A stretch of 64,000 nt of DNA from an uncultured Acidobacteriota bacterium (GCA_963805975.1 CAWDVR010000005.1:512001-576000), one strand, 5' to 3'; positions 9,852-21,462 are shown, numbered from the stretch's first letter. The notes: a model not told the origin generated them from the letters alone. Numbers and translations are program-made.

Positions 9852-10084
9852 GGCTCTTTTCCTCCTGGCGTGCGCCTCTTGAGACTGAGTGTAGAGCTAT
9901 CGCTCGATGATTCGGATCATCTCATGTCGACAGTACTTATGCAACGGCTTTCTGATTTGCTGTCCTGCCTCTTGCCTTGGCCCATCGGGATTGTTGATCG
10001 ACTTGATCAACTTTTCTAGAATGGCCGCCCCATGAGCCTTCTCCCAATCCGCAGGGCTCTTCCCAACAGACAGGAGCCGATCCC

Positions 10085-10954
<870 letters not shown>

Positions 10955-10960
10955 CCGCCG

Positions 10961-11422
10961 ATGGAGCCCGAGCTTCCGCCCAAGCTGGCACGGCTGGTGG
11001 ACGCCTTCGCCCTGATGCCGGAGCGGAGCGAGCGCATCGAGGCGCTGATCGGCATCGCCGAGCGCTTCCGCCCGGTGCCGGAGTCGGTCGCCGCGCGGCC
11101 CTACCCGGAGGAGAACAAGGTGCCGGCCTGCGAGTCCGAGGCGTATCTCTTCGCGCGCCCGCAGGAGGACGGTACCTTGAAGCTCCACTTCGCGGTCGAG
11201 AACCCGCAGGGCATCTCGGCCCAGGCCATGGCCGTGATCCTCGACGAGACGCTCTCCGGCGCACCCCTCGACCAGGTGGCGAAGGTACCGCGCGACCTGC
11301 CCTACAAGCTCTTCGGCAACGAGCTCTCGATGGGCAAGTCCATGGGTCTGATGGGCATGGTCGCCATGGCGCAGAACGCGGCGCGGCGGGCGTCGGCTAG
11401 TCGAGATACCCCAGCGCCCTGA
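10961..11422 (+). CDS. sufE: SufE-family sulfur acceptor
   Basis: KVPACESEAY Cys motif, size, position directly after the sulfurtransferase. Confidence 0.8.
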   Translation: MEPELPPKLARLVDAFALMPERSERIEALIGIAERFRPVPESVAARPYPEENKVPACESEAYLFARPQEDGTLKLHFAVENPQGISAQAMAVILDETLSGAPLDQVAKVPRDLPYKLFGNELSMGKSMGLMGMVAMAQNAARRASASRDTPAP

Positions 11423-12773
11423 GCTGCTCGATCGATTCCGGGTCGAGCTCTGCCACGGGCAGGTTGCCCAGGGATTTCAGGCCCTGCTGCACGCGGGCGA
11501 GCCAATCGGCCAGGGCGGGCGAGGCCTTGCTCTCGGCAGCCGTCAGGTTCTTGCTCTCGCGGGGGTCGGCGCGAAGATCGAAGAGCCGGTGCACGCCGGC
11601 GAGGCGCAGGATCTCCTTGCGGCCGTTCTCTACGATCGCCACCTCGAGCAGGCCGCCGGCGCGGGCGTCCTTGCCTTCGCCGTGCCCGAGGACGGCGCCC
11701 TTGTGTGCCTGGAAGGCCGTCACCCGTTCCTGGGGAGCCGGAGCACGCCGGGTGAGGACCGCCGACCAGTCGTAGCCCGTGAGCGACGGAGGCACCGGCA
11801 GGCCGAGCAGACCGAGCACCGTGGGAGTCAGGTCCGTGATCAGGGCCGGGACCGAGATCGTCTGTCCGGAGGGGATCTTGCCGGGCCAGGCGAGCCCCAT
11901 TGGGATGCGCAGGTTGGGGTCGTAGACGTTCCTGCCGTGGCCCCAGTAGCCGTGCTCGCCCAGGCTCTCGCCGTGGTCGCTCGCGAAGAGCAGCAGATTG
12001 TCGCCGCCGGGCTCGATGCGTCCGAGGGCGGCGAGCAGCAGCTCGACCTGGTGGTCCACGAAGGCGATCTCGGTGTCGTAGCGGTCGGAGCGCGAGGCCC
12101 CCTCGGAGACCGGCACCCCGAGGCGCGACGCAAACTTTTCTTGCAGCCGATAGGGCGCGTGCGGCTCGACGTAGTGCACCCAGAGCAGAAACGGCCGCCG
12201 GCCGTCGCTCGCCTGCTGCTTCTCCATCCAGTCGATGGCGGCCTGGGTCAGGTCCTCGCCCGTCGCCTCGCCCTTGAACATGCCCATCCAGCGCTTGCGG
12301 CTGAGCACCTCTTCGTAGAGATCGAAGTGCTCGCCGAGGCCGGAGAGCCTGTCGCGCACCGTCCAGTTGCCCACGAAGGCGGCCGTGCGGTAGCCGCCGT
12401 GGGACAGGAGCTTGGGCAGCGAGGACAGGCCGGGCCGGAGCCGCAGGCCGTTTCTCGTGGCCCCGTGCTGATGAGGCTCGAGCGAGGTCCAGAGCGAGGA
12501 CAGCGACGGGCCGGTCAGCGGCTCGATGGTGCGCGCCTCGGAGAACCGGGCGCCGCCCGCCAGCAGGCGGTCGATGGCCGGGCTGGTGGGCCGCGGGTAG
12601 CCGGCCGAGGACAACCGGTCGGCGCGCAGCGTGTCCACCGTGACGAAGACGATGTTGGGCAGCCGCCGGCCGGCAGCCTGGGCCGGCTCGTCCCCGGTCC
12701 ATGCCCAGACCGTGACCGCCGCGAGCAGGAGCGCGGAAAACCGAGGAGATCTTGGGCGAGGGGCAGGTCGCAA
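11397..12773 (-). CDS. Secreted sulfatase/alkaline-phosphatase superfamily protein (Thr at nucleophile position)
   Basis: PNIVFVTVDTLRAD, LTGPSLSSLWTS, VHYVEPHAPY, YDTEI, SDHGE, C-terminal LRALGYLD; TTG start uncertain. Confidence 0.85.
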   Translation of the reverse strand: MRPAPRPRSPRFSALLLAAVTVWAWTGDEPAQAAGRRLPNIVFVTVDTLRADRLSSAGYPRPTSPAIDRLLAGGARFSEARTIEPLTGPSLSSLWTSLEPHQHGATRNGLRLRPGLSSLPKLLSHGGYRTAAFVGNWTVRDRLSGLGEHFDLYEEVLSRKRWMGMFKGEATGEDLTQAAIDWMEKQQASDGRRPFLLWVHYVEPHAPYRLQEKFASRLGVPVSEGASRSDRYDTEIAFVDHQVELLLAALGRIEPGGDNLLLFASDHGESLGEHGYWGHGRNVYDPNLRIPMGLAWPGKIPSGQTISVPALITDLTPTVLGLLGLPVPPSLTGYDWSAVLTRRAPAPQERVTAFQAHKGAVLGHGEGKDARAGGLLEVAIVENGRKEILRLAGVHRLFDLRADPRESKNLTAAESKASPALADWLARVQQGLKSLGNLPVAELDPESIEQLRALGYLD

Positions 12774-12857
12774 AGCGGCCGAAAGTGTACTCCAGTCCGC
12801 CGCCGGGAGACGCCGGCGCTTGCCGCGACCACTTCTGGCGCGCTACCGTAGCCGCCC

Positions 12858-13424
12858 ATGCCGAGGATCACCAAGGTCTACACGCGGACCGGCGACGAAG
12901 GAACCACCGGCCTGGGCGGCGGCCAGCGCGTGGCCAAGGACTCGCTGCGGATCGCGGCCTACGGCACCGTGGACGAGCTCAACTCGGTGCTGGGCGTGGC
13001 GCTCGCCTGCGGGCTCGATGCGCGCCTGGCAGCGGAGCTGCGGCGCATCCAGAACGAGCTCTTCCACCTCGGGTCGGACCTCTGCGTGCTCGAGGAGGAC
13101 AAGGCGCGGATGCCGGTGCCGCGGATCGAGGACCGCCACGTCGACGCCCTGGAGAAGCTGATGGACGCGCTCTCCGAGGAGCTAACGCCGCTCGCCAACT
13201 TCGTGCTGCCCGGCGGCAGTGCCGGCGCGGCGCACCTCCACGTGGCGCGGACGGTCTGCCGCCGCGCCGAACGGGTGCTGGTGGCCTTAGGACGCGAGGA
13301 GGCGATCGGCGCCTTTACGATCCCCTACGTGAACCGCCTGTCGGACGCGCTCTTCGTGATGGCCCGCTACGAGAACCTCAAGCAGGGCAGTGGGGCGGAC
13401 GTGCTGTGGGACAGCCGGGCCTGA
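12858..13424 (+). CDS. PduO-type cob(I)alamin adenosyltransferase
   Basis: [43 protein letters not shown]. Confidence 0.93.
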   Translation: MPRITKVYTRTGDEGTTGLGGGQRVAKDSLRIAAYGTVDELNSVLGVALACGLDARLAAELRRIQNELFHLGSDLCVLEEDKARMPVPRIEDRHVDALEKLMDALSEELTPLANFVLPGGSAGAAHLHVARTVCRRAERVLVALGREEAIGAFTIPYVNRLSDALFVMARYENLKQGSGADVLWDSRA

Positions 13425-13428
13425 AAGC

Positions 13429-15144
13429 CTAGACCACCGTCTCGCGCACCACTTCCTCCACCGAGGTCACGCCGTCGCGGATCTTCTGCAGGCCGCTGGC
13501 GCGGAGCGAGATCATGCCGCGCTCCATCGCCTTCTGGCGCAGCTCGAAGGCGGTGGCGCCGGAGAGGATCAGCTCGCGCAGATCGTCGTCGATCTCCATC
13601 ACCTCGTAGAGGCCGACGCGGCCCTTGTAGCCGGTGCCGCTGCAACGGTCGCAGCCGCGGCCGCGGAAGAGAGAGAGGTTGCGAGCCTCCTGCTCGCCGA
13701 AGCCGACGTTGACCAGGCCGGCCAAGGGGACGTCGAAGGGCTCCTTGCAGAAGGAGCAGATCCTCCGCACCAGGCGCTGGGCGACGATCAGGTGCACGGA
13801 GGTCGCCACCAGGAAGGGCTCGATGCCCATGTTCATCAGGCGGTTGATCGACGACGGCGCGTCGTTGGTGTGGAGCGTCGAGAGCACCAGGTGGCCGGTC
13901 ATGGCGGCCTTGATCGCCACCTCCGCGGTCTCGAAGTCGCGGATCTCTCCCACCAGGATGATGTTCGGGTCCTGGCGCAGGAAGGAGCGCAGGGCGGCGG
14001 CGAAGTTGAGGCCGATCTGCTCCTTCATCTGCACCTGGTTGATGCCCGGCAGGTTGAACTCCACCGGGTCCTCGGCGGTGATGATGTTGACCTCCGGCTG
14101 GTTGATGCGCTGGAGGGCCGAGTAGAGGGTGTTGGTCTTGCCCGAGCCGGTGGGGCCGGTGACCAGCACCATGCCGTAGGGCTTGAGGATCGCCTGCTCG
14201 AAGCGGCGCAGCGACTCGACCTCGAAGCCGAGCCGCGCCATGTCGAGCATCAGGTTGTCCTTGTCGAGCAGCCGCATCACGATCTTCTCGCCGAAGATCG
14301 TCGGCAGCACCGAGACGCGCAGGTCGAGATCCTTGAACTTGCCCGAGACCTTGGTCTTGATCTTGATCCGGCCGTCCTGCGGCAGCCGCTTCTCGGCGAT
14401 GTCGAGCTTGGCCATGATCTTGATGCGGCTGGTGATCGCCTCCTTGAGCTTGATCGGAGGGTGCATCACCTCGTAGAGCAGGCCGTCGATGCGGTAGCGG
14501 ACCCGGTAGTCCTTCTCGTAGGGCTCGACGTGGATGTCCGAGGCGCCGCGCTTGATGGCGTCGGTCAGGAAGATGTTGACCAGCTTGACGACCGGTGCCT
14601 GCTCGGACTCCTCTTCGAGCGCCCCGAGATCGAGGTCCTGCTCTTCCTCGAGAACCTCGAGGTCGGTCTCCGTCTCCTCGGAGAGATCCTCCATCACCTT
14701 CTTGAGCTCGATCGAGTGCGTGCTGCCGTAGTAGCGGTCGATGGCGTTGCGCAGGCTGGTCTCGGAAGCCACCACCGGCTCGACCCGGTAGCCGGTCATG
14801 AACTTCACATCGTCCATGGCGAAGACGTTGGTGGGGTCGATCATCGCCAGGGTGAGCGTGGCGCCGGCCTTGGAGACCGGCAGGATCGTGTACTTGCGCG
14901 CGATGTCCGCCGGGACGATCCTGATCACCACCTCGTCGACGTCGATGCCGTCGAGGCCGATGGCAGGCACCCCGAAGTGCTGCGCGAGCGCTTCGACGAG
15001 GTCGTTTTCCGAAAGGTAGGCGAGCTTGACCAGCAAGCTTCCCACGCGCCCGCCCTGCTCCTTCTGGAGAGCGAGCGCCTCCTGGAGCTGCAACGGATTG
15101 ACCTTGCCGGTCTTGACCAGGATGTCGCCGAATCGATTCGCCAT
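13429..15144 (-). CDS. pilB: Type IV pilus assembly ATPase
   Basis: N-terminal MshEN-like RFGDIL, ASDIHVEP, GPTGSGKT Walker A, RQDPNIILVGEIRD, CSFC/CDRC zinc motif. Confidence 0.93.
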   Translation of the reverse strand: MANRFGDILVKTGKVNPLQLQEALALQKEQGGRVGSLLVKLAYLSENDLVEALAQHFGVPAIGLDGIDVDEVVIRIVPADIARKYTILPVSKAGATLTLAMIDPTNVFAMDDVKFMTGYRVEPVVASETSLRNAIDRYYGSTHSIELKKVMEDLSEETETDLEVLEEEQDLDLGALEEESEQAPVVKLVNIFLTDAIKRGASDIHVEPYEKDYRVRYRIDGLLYEVMHPPIKLKEAITSRIKIMAKLDIAEKRLPQDGRIKIKTKVSGKFKDLDLRVSVLPTIFGEKIVMRLLDKDNLMLDMARLGFEVESLRRFEQAILKPYGMVLVTGPTGSGKTNTLYSALQRINQPEVNIITAEDPVEFNLPGINQVQMKEQIGLNFAAALRSFLRQDPNIILVGEIRDFETAEVAIKAAMTGHLVLSTLHTNDAPSSINRLMNMGIEPFLVATSVHLIVAQRLVRRICSFCKEPFDVPLAGLVNVGFGEQEARNLSLFRGRGCDRCSGTGYKGRVGLYEVMEIDDDLRELILSGATAFELRQKAMERGMISLRASGLQKIRDGVTSVEEVVRETVV

Positions 15145-15272
15145 GCGAGCCCCCAGAACCAACGCGGAAAACGAAGCGAAAACTGCTGCCCGAGCGCGAG
15201 CGGGTGCCGCGACGGCAGGTGTGATCGGAAACGAGCAGGCGGGAGTTTACAGTGAGGCAGAGGGACCGGCAA

Positions 15273-16319
15273 CTATGTGCGTCTCGCAATGGAAGCGAAT
15301 GCCGCGTCGATGTTCGGCCGCTCTCGAGCGCGCAGCAGGTCGATCGCCCGCTCGGCGACCGCAGCGGGCTCGATGGCCAGCAGGCAGGCGCGAGTATCGT
15401 CGAGGCGCTGGTGGCAGAAGCTGCACGGGAGAACCACGGAGAGCGCCTGCCGGGGCTCGCCGTACGGGCCGTGCGTACGTGGGTCGGTGGGCCCCATCAG
15501 CGCGAGCGCGGGAGTGCCCAGGGCATGCGCCAGGTGCAGCGGTCCGGTGTCGCCCGCCAGCACCAGGCCGGCGCTCCTCAGCACGCGACCCAGGGTCCGG
15601 AGGTCCCCCGCCTCGATGCGCTCGGCTACGCCGCCGCTCGCCGTCTCCACCGCCGCCGCGAGCTGTCGCTCGCCGGGCGCCACGGCCACGCGCACGGCGA
15701 GGCCCCGTGCGGCGAGCTGCCGCGCCACTTCTCCCCAGCGCACCGGCGGATAGACCTTGTTGCCCCAGCCGGCACCGGGATGGATGAGCACGAAACCGCG
15801 CTCCGGCCACGGCTCGGCACCGGCGAAGAGCTTGTCACCGCCGAAGTCCGCGGGCTCCGGTTCGAGGTCGAGAGCGGCGAGCAGCGCCAGCGCGCGCTCG
15901 ACCGCGTGGGCGCCCGCGGGTGCCACGCCGCGGCTCATCCAGACGGCGCTCTCCGGCTCGCGGCGGAACGGGCGCGCCAGGCCGATGCGCCGGTCGGCGA
16001 GCGACAGCGCGGCGAGCAGGCCCCCCTTGTGGTTGCCCATCAGGTCGAGCGCGATGTCGGCCTCGAAGCGCCGCAGGGCGGCGAGGAAGCGGGCCACCTC
16101 GGCGAGGGTCGAAGGCGCGAACGGGCGCCGGCGCCAGGGCCGCAGACGGACGGGGATCAGCTCGTCGAGGTCAGGATGGCCGGCCAGCAACGGTGCCATC
16201 GCCTCCTCGACCACCCATCCGAGGCGCGCCGCCGGCAGCTGGCGGCGCAGGGCGGTGAGCACCGGCAGGCAGTGCACGACGTCGCCCAGGGCGCTGGTGC
16301 GGACGAGGAGGATGCGCAC
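15273..16319 (-). CDS. GT9 LPS heptosyltransferase (WaaC-like)
   Basis: RILLVRTSALGDVVH, HPGAGWGNK, GDTGPLHLA. Confidence 0.9.
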   Translation of the reverse strand: MRILLVRTSALGDVVHCLPVLTALRRQLPAARLGWVVEEAMAPLLAGHPDLDELIPVRLRPWRRRPFAPSTLAEVARFLAALRRFEADIALDLMGNHKGGLLAALSLADRRIGLARPFRREPESAVWMSRGVAPAGAHAVERALALLAALDLEPEPADFGGDKLFAGAEPWPERGFVLIHPGAGWGNKVYPPVRWGEVARQLAARGLAVRVAVAPGERQLAAAVETASGGVAERIEAGDLRTLGRVLRSAGLVLAGDTGPLHLAHALGTPALALMGPTDPRTHGPYGEPRQALSVVLPCSFCHQRLDDTRACLLAIEPAAVAERAIDLLRARERPNIDAAFASIARRT

Positions 16320-16320
16320 G

Positions 16321-16797
16321 TCACGGCAGCGACTTGATCTTCTGGATCAGGTCGCTCGTCGCGTGGTCCTTGGGGTCGCCGACCAGGCGGGTGCTGCCGC
16401 CGTAGGCACGGACCGTCTCGTGCTCCGGGACGCGCTCCGGCGTGCCGTAGTCGGTGCCCTTGCAGTGGACGTCGGGCCGGAGGCGGGCGAGGAGCGGGGC
16501 CGGCGAGTCGCCCTCGAAGACCACGACGTAGTCGACCGGCGACAGAGCCGCCAGCAGCTCGGCGCGCTCGGTGGCCGGCACGACGGGCCGCCCCGGTCCC
16601 TTGAGGCGGGCCACGGAGCCGTCGTCGTTGATCGCCACCACCAGCACGTCCGCCTCGCGCCGCGCCGCCTCGAGATAGCGCAGGTGCCCCACGTGCAGCA
16701 GGTCGAAATGGCCGTTGGCGAGCGCGATCGTGCGACCGCTGCGGCGCACCGCCTCGAGCTCCCGCGCGAGATCGGCCGCGCTCAGCACGCGACCCAT
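16321..16797 (-). CDS. D-glycero-beta-D-manno-heptose 1-phosphate adenylyltransferase (RfaE domain II/HldC-like)
   Basis: [28 protein letters not shown]. Confidence 0.9.
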   Translation of the reverse strand: MGRVLSAADLARELEAVRRSGRTIALANGHFDLLHVGHLRYLEAARREADVLVVAINDDGSVARLKGPGRPVVPATERAELLAALSPVDYVVVFEGDSPAPLLARLRPDVHCKGTDYGTPERVPEHETVRAYGGSTRLVGDPKDHATSDLIQKIKSLP

Positions 16798-17831
16798 TGG
16801 AGCCCTTCGAGCGGGGTGGGATCGGTCTTGATCGCGTCGCGAAGCTCGGCAGCCGTGACGGTGGCCGTCCCCATCTTCATCACCACCACCCCGCCGGCGT
16901 AGTTGGCAAGCAGCGCGGCCTCGAGCGGCGAGCCACCCGCGGCGAGCGCCAGGGCGAAGGCGCCGATCACCGTGTCCCCGGCGCCGGTGACGTCGGCCAC
17001 CTGGGCGGTGCCGTGGACGGGCAGGTGGACCGCGGAGCCCTCCTCGAGGAGGGACATGCCGCGGCTGCCCCGAGTGACGAGCAGAAACCGGGCAGCGAGC
17101 AGCTCGCGCAGCGCGCGGCCGCCGCGAGTCACGGTGGCGAGGTCGTCGCCCAGGGGCGCCCGGAGCAGGGCCTCGGCCTCCTCCTCGTTCGGCGTTCCGC
17201 CGTCCAGGCCGACGAACTCCGCCAGGCGGTAGCGACTGTCGACCAGCACCGGCGCCCCGGGCGCGAGGCGCTCGCGCAGGGCCGGCAGCAGCTCCGGCAC
17301 CGCCGCGCCGTAGCCGTAGTCGCTCACCACCGCCACGCCGGGCCGCAGATCCCAGCCCGCGAGGGCGCCGGCGAAGTGGCGCCTGTCCTGGTCGGTCAGA
17401 GTGAGGGGCTCCTCGATGTCGAAACGCACGATCTGTTGTTTGATGGAGTTCCGGCCGCCGCCCAGAATCCGCGTCTTCGTAGGGGTGCGATATCCGGCAC
17501 GGACGGCAATGCCCTCGATCGGGACGCCCATCCCGGAAAACGCCGCGAGGAGATCGTGGCCACTGGCGTCGTCGCCGACGATGCCCAAAGGCAGGGGACG
17601 GCCGCCCAGGGCGGCGATGTTGGCGACCGCGTTGGCACCGCCCCCGGGCACGGTGCGCTCGCTCTCGAAGCGCAGGATGAGGACCGGCGCCTCGCGGCTG
17701 ATCCGTTTCGGAATGCCGGAGATGAAGCGGTCGGCGACCAGGTCCGCAAGCACCGGGACCGGGCAACCCGCCAGGCGGTCGATCAGCTCGAGAAGCCGGT
17801 CGGGTGACGGAAGTGGTTTCACCTCAGTCAT
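16782..17831 (-). CDS. Heptose-7-phosphate kinase (RfaE domain I/HldA-like, PfkB family)
   Basis: [36 protein letters not shown]. Confidence 0.9.
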   Translation of the reverse strand: MTEVKPLPSPDRLLELIDRLAGCPVPVLADLVADRFISGIPKRISREAPVLILRFESERTVPGGGANAVANIAALGGRPLPLGIVGDDASGHDLLAAFSGMGVPIEGIAVRAGYRTPTKTRILGGGRNSIKQQIVRFDIEEPLTLTDQDRRHFAGALAGWDLRPGVAVVSDYGYGAAVPELLPALRERLAPGAPVLVDSRYRLAEFVGLDGGTPNEEEAEALLRAPLGDDLATVTRGGRALRELLAARFLLVTRGSRGMSLLEEGSAVHLPVHGTAQVADVTGAGDTVIGAFALALAAGGSPLEAALLANYAGGVVVMKMGTATVTAAELRDAIKTDPTPLEGLQWVAC

Positions 17832-17990
17832 TTGCGGCGCGGATCTTAGCATGCCCGAAGGCCCGCTCGGCGCGTTCGGAGTCGGCGTCCGTCCAAGGTG
17901 CAGGGGACCGGCATGGGACGGTAGGGCGCCAAACCGTTGGCACGACGCATGCGTACACTTTTCTGCCGGTTTCGTGTCTTCGAGGAGGGA

Positions 17991-18677
17991 ATGGGCATGG
18001 CAATCGACAAGGCCGAAGAGGTGGTTCACGGGCGTGGCTGGGACTTCGAGGCCGTGGCGATGCCATTCGTCGATGCCCTCTATAACACCGCCTATCGGAT
18101 GACCCGCAACGCCGAGGACGCCGAGGATCTGGTGCAGGAGACCTACCTCAAGGCCTACCGCTACTACGACAAGTTCGAGGACGGCACCAATTTCAAGGCG
18201 TGGCTCTTCAAGATCATGAAGAACACGTTCATCAACAACTACCGGCGCAAGCAGCAGACGCCGCCGCTCAGCGACTTCGCCGAGATCGAAGAGGCGTTCG
18301 AGAGCCAGGTGAGCAAGGACGCCTCCGGGCAGATCAAGAGCCCGGAGCAGGAGTACCTGGAGAACGTGCTCGACGAGGACGTGCAGCGGGCGCTCGACCA
18401 TCTTCCGCCGGACTACCGGATGGTGGTCCTCCTGGCCGACCTCGAAGGCTTTTCCTACAAGGAGATCGCCGAGATCCTGGAAGTGCCGGTCGGCACCGTC
18501 ATGAGCCGCCTCTACCGCGGGCGGCGGCTGCTCGAGTCGGCGATGCTCGAGTACGCCCGCGAGTATGGCTATCTGCGTTCCGGCGAGCCCTCCAAGATGC
18601 GCAGCCGGCCGGCGGGCCCGACGGCCGAGCCTGCGAGCCCGGAAGCGGAGGAATTTCCGACCCAGGCGGGCGGTTAG
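17991..18677 (+). CDS. ECF sigma factor (SigH/SigR-like)
   Basis: GAGGAGG RBS; [47 protein letters not shown]. Confidence 0.93.
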   Translation: MGMAIDKAEEVVHGRGWDFEAVAMPFVDALYNTAYRMTRNAEDAEDLVQETYLKAYRYYDKFEDGTNFKAWLFKIMKNTFINNYRRKQQTPPLSDFAEIEEAFESQVSKDASGQIKSPEQEYLENVLDEDVQRALDHLPPDYRMVVLLADLEGFSYKEIAEILEVPVGTVMSRLYRGRRLLESAMLEYAREYGYLRSGEPSKMRSRPAGPTAEPASPEAEEFPTQAGG

Positions 18678-18752
18678 ACTGTCCGAATAGTTCGGACCAC
18701 GCCGAGTGTCGCGTCGTCCCCTGATATCTCGCAGCTCCCGCGGAGGAAACGG

Positions 18753-18989
18753 ATGGACTGCCGGAAGGTCTCCGAGATCGCGTTCCTCTACGTCGACAAC
18801 GAGATGGGGTCGGATCTACAGCAGCCTTTTCACGACCACCTCTCTCGGTGTCCCTGCTGTGCCAGCCGGGTGGATCAGAGTCGCAGGCTGGTGATCCTGG
18901 TCCGCCAACGCTGCGTACGGCAGCCGGCTCCGCAGCACCTGCGGGTCCGCATCCTGACCAGCCTGCCGCATCGGCAGGGATGGAGCTGA
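18753..18989 (+). CDS. Zinc-binding anti-sigma factor (ZAS/zf-HC2, RsrA/RshA-like)
   Basis: MDC...YVDNEM...HLSRCPCC (HxxxCxxC), soluble, directly after sigma. Confidence 0.88.
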   Translation: MDCRKVSEIAFLYVDNEMGSDLQQPFHDHLSRCPCCASRVDQSRRLVILVRQRCVRQPAPQHLRVRILTSLPHRQGWS

Positions 18990-18997
18990 CAACGGCT

Positions 18998-19459
18998 ATG
19001 CGAAACGCTTCGCGGTTTTTGATCACGGCCCTGGTCTCGGCCGTTCTCGGGTGTGCCCAGCCGGGGGCTGCCCAGGTGCCGGATCTGCCGGGGCTGTCCG
19101 GTTCCGGTGTGAGGTCTGCCGACCTGGCCAAAGGCAACGCTCTGCTCGTGGTCTGGACCTCGTGGTCGCCGCGATGCCGCGACGTGGTCGAGCGGGTCAA
19201 CGCGCTCGACCAGCAGTGGCAGGGCAAGGCCCGCGTCTACGCCGTCAATTTCAACGAGGACCGGACGGAGGCGGAGCGCTTTCTCCAAGGCAAGACCTTC
19301 AATGTTCCGGTGCTGCTCGATGCAGACGGCTCCTTCTCGAAGAAAAACGCCATCACGGTACTGCCGGGCCTGGTGGTGATCCAGGATGGGAAGATCACCT
19401 ACGCCGGCAAGCTGCCGGACGCCGCCGACGGCCTCCTTTCGGGGCTGCTCGACCGCTAG
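18998..19459 (+). CDS. TlpA-like redoxin, probable lipoprotein, SxxC motif
   Basis: Signal ending VLGC; LLVVWTSWSPRC, VLLDADG, PGLVVI thioredoxin-fold pattern. Confidence 0.75.
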   Translation: MRNASRFLITALVSAVLGCAQPGAAQVPDLPGLSGSGVRSADLAKGNALLVVWTSWSPRCRDVVERVNALDQQWQGKARVYAVNFNEDRTEAERFLQGKTFNVPVLLDADGSFSKKNAITVLPGLVVIQDGKITYAGKLPDAADGLLSGLLDR

Positions 19460-19597
19460 CCCCTGTCGCTTCCCGGTCCACCGCCTCGGGAATTCCACCC
19501 CACGCTTGCATTGACGCCACAGTTGTGTGCTAAGCTCCGCAAGCTTTTTCGCCTAAGGAAAGTAACAGGGCCCACGAGAGCGATCCTACGCCGATAG

Positions 19598-20962
19598 ATG
19601 CGAGCGCCGAGCCCAGCCCCCCTGCGGAAGCTCGCACTTCGGTGGAAGCACTGGCTTCCGATCGTTCTGATTCCTGCCCTCGGCGTAACCCTCTTCCAAC
19701 TTCAGAGCGCGGACTGGTTCCGTGGTGCTTCGCAGATGGCGGTCTCGACCGCTGCCGTACTGCCGGCGCTGCCCGTGGCTCCACCAACGCCCCCGGCTTC
19801 GCCCCCGATCCAGCGCACGGTGCGCTCCGGCGAGACCCTGAGCCAGGTCTTCGAAGATCTGGGCCTGAGCTCGCAGGAGGCTCGTTCGGCGGTGGACGCG
19901 ATACGCCCCCACGTCGACCCACGCCGCGTCCGCACCGGCGACGCCTACGTTGCCGCGTACGATCCGAGCCGGAAGCTGGTGTCGTTCGAGATGGGTGTTA
20001 CCGGCCGCGGGCGGGTCAAGCTCGCGCGCTCGGCCGCGGACGCCTGGCGATCGATCTTCACGCCCGTGGTCCGCGAGGTCCGTCCCCGCGTCGTCACCGC
20101 TGAGCTCAGCGAGTCGCTCGAGGCTGCGATCCGCGGTGCGCAGGCGGATCCGGTGCTCGCCTACAAGATGGCCGACGTGCTGCAGTGGGACCTCGATTTC
20201 ACCCGCGATCTGCGCGTCGGCGACAAGTTCCAGATCCTCTACGAAGAGGTTCTCCTCGACGGTAAGTTCGCCTCGGTGGGCGAGGTCGTGGCCTTGCGCT
20301 ACGAGAACCGTGGCCGGGTGCTGGCGGCCTTCCGCCATGGCGAGGGCTACTACGACGCCGACGGCCGGCCGCTCAAGAAGATGTTCCTGCGGGCTCCGCT
20401 GCGCTTCACCCGCGTCACCTCCGGCTTCTCTCATCGCCGCTTTCATCCGGTTCTCCATACGTTCCGGCCGCACTACGGCGTCGACTACGGAGCGCCCAAG
20501 GGCACCCCGGTGATGGTCACCGCCAACGGCACCGTGAGCTTTGCCGGTTGGGACCGTGGCGGCGGCAAGACCGTCAAGGTGCGGCATCCGGGGGGCTACA
20601 CCACCTGCTATCTCCATCTCTCCGGCTTCGCCGAGGGCATCCGGCCCGGTCGGACCGTGCGCCAGAGCGACGTGGTCGGCTTCGTCGGGTCCACGGGCCT
20701 GGCGACGGCCCCGCACCTCGACTACCGGGTCAACCTGAACGGAAAGTGGCTCAACCCGCTCTCTCTGGATGCGGTGCCGGCACGACCCATCAGTGGCACC
20801 GAGCTGGCGAGCTTCCGGGCCCGCCGGGACGCGCTGCTGGCGAGCCTCGCGGCTGGAAAGCCGCTCGCGATGCCGCTCGACCCGGAGACCAAGCTGGCCC
20901 GCTCCTCGCCCGGCCTGCCGGCCTCCGCCGTCGCCCCGGACATGGCCTCGGCGCGCCGATAA
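19598..20962 (+). CDS. M23 peptidoglycan DD-endopeptidase (MepM-like)
   Basis: N-terminal TM, VRSGETL, HYGVDY, YLHLS, PHLDY. Confidence 0.92.
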   Translation: MRAPSPAPLRKLALRWKHWLPIVLIPALGVTLFQLQSADWFRGASQMAVSTAAVLPALPVAPPTPPASPPIQRTVRSGETLSQVFEDLGLSSQEARSAVDAIRPHVDPRRVRTGDAYVAAYDPSRKLVSFEMGVTGRGRVKLARSAADAWRSIFTPVVREVRPRVVTAELSESLEAAIRGAQADPVLAYKMADVLQWDLDFTRDLRVGDKFQILYEEVLLDGKFASVGEVVALRYENRGRVLAAFRHGEGYYDADGRPLKKMFLRAPLRFTRVTSGFSHRRFHPVLHTFRPHYGVDYGAPKGTPVMVTANGTVSFAGWDRGGGKTVKVRHPGGYTTCYLHLSGFAEGIRPGRTVRQSDVVGFVGSTGLATAPHLDYRVNLNGKWLNPLSLDAVPARPISGTELASFRARRDALLASLAAGKPLAMPLDPETKLARSSPGLPASAVAPDMASARR

Positions 20963-21013
20963 GTCGGAAAAAAGGCGGGGAACGCCTATCAAGACCGCAA
21001 AGCAGGTTTCGTC

Positions 21014-21391
21014 TTAGAAGCGGTTGTCGTCACGGCCGGCGACCAGCGGCCGGAGCTTGCCCGTCTTGACGGTGATGAGCGATTCCACCTCGCGGCGGGT
21101 GGGCTCGTCCAAGGCCTGGAAGTCTCGAATCAAGCCCATGTCGCGCTCGCTCATCGACTCCTTCGCCATGTCGTCGAAGAACTCCCCGATCGTGATCTGG
21201 AACTCCGAGAGGATGCGGAAGAGGGTGTCCAGGCTGACTCGATACTCTCCTTTTTCCATCCGGGAGAGGTCGGACTGCTGGATGCCGATGCGTGAAGAGA
21301 GCTCGGTCTGAGTCAGGTTGTGCTCCTTGCGGAGCTGGCGGATCTTCCGCCCGACGAGCTTCACCGGCCGGATCTTGTAGACGGTAGCCAT
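21014..21391 (-). CDS. XRE/Cro-C1 helix-turn-helix regulator
   Basis: KIRQLRKEHNLTQTELSSRIGIQQSDLSRMEKG; GGAGA RBS before ATG 21391. Confidence 0.9.
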   Translation of the reverse strand: MATVYKIRPVKLVGRKIRQLRKEHNLTQTELSSRIGIQQSDLSRMEKGEYRVSLDTLFRILSEFQITIGEFFDDMAKESMSERDMGLIRDFQALDEPTRREVESLITVKTGKLRPLVAGRDDNRF

Positions 21392-21462
21392 CTTGACACG
21401 TTCTCCAGAGCCCCTAGACGCTATCGAAATGTCGATTTGGCATGGCAGAGCTGAGATAGCTG

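Noticed and set aside
9993-10011. GTTGATC-N5-GATCAAC palindrome as an FNR box
   Set aside because: Spacing is TTGAT-N7-ATCAA, not N4; it may be another operator but cannot be assigned
19506-19536. Promoter upstream of the M23 gene (TTGCAT/TTGACG ... TGcTAAGCT)
   Set aside because: -35 spacings of 19 or 14 nt fit poorly; an extended -10 is possible but too weak to call
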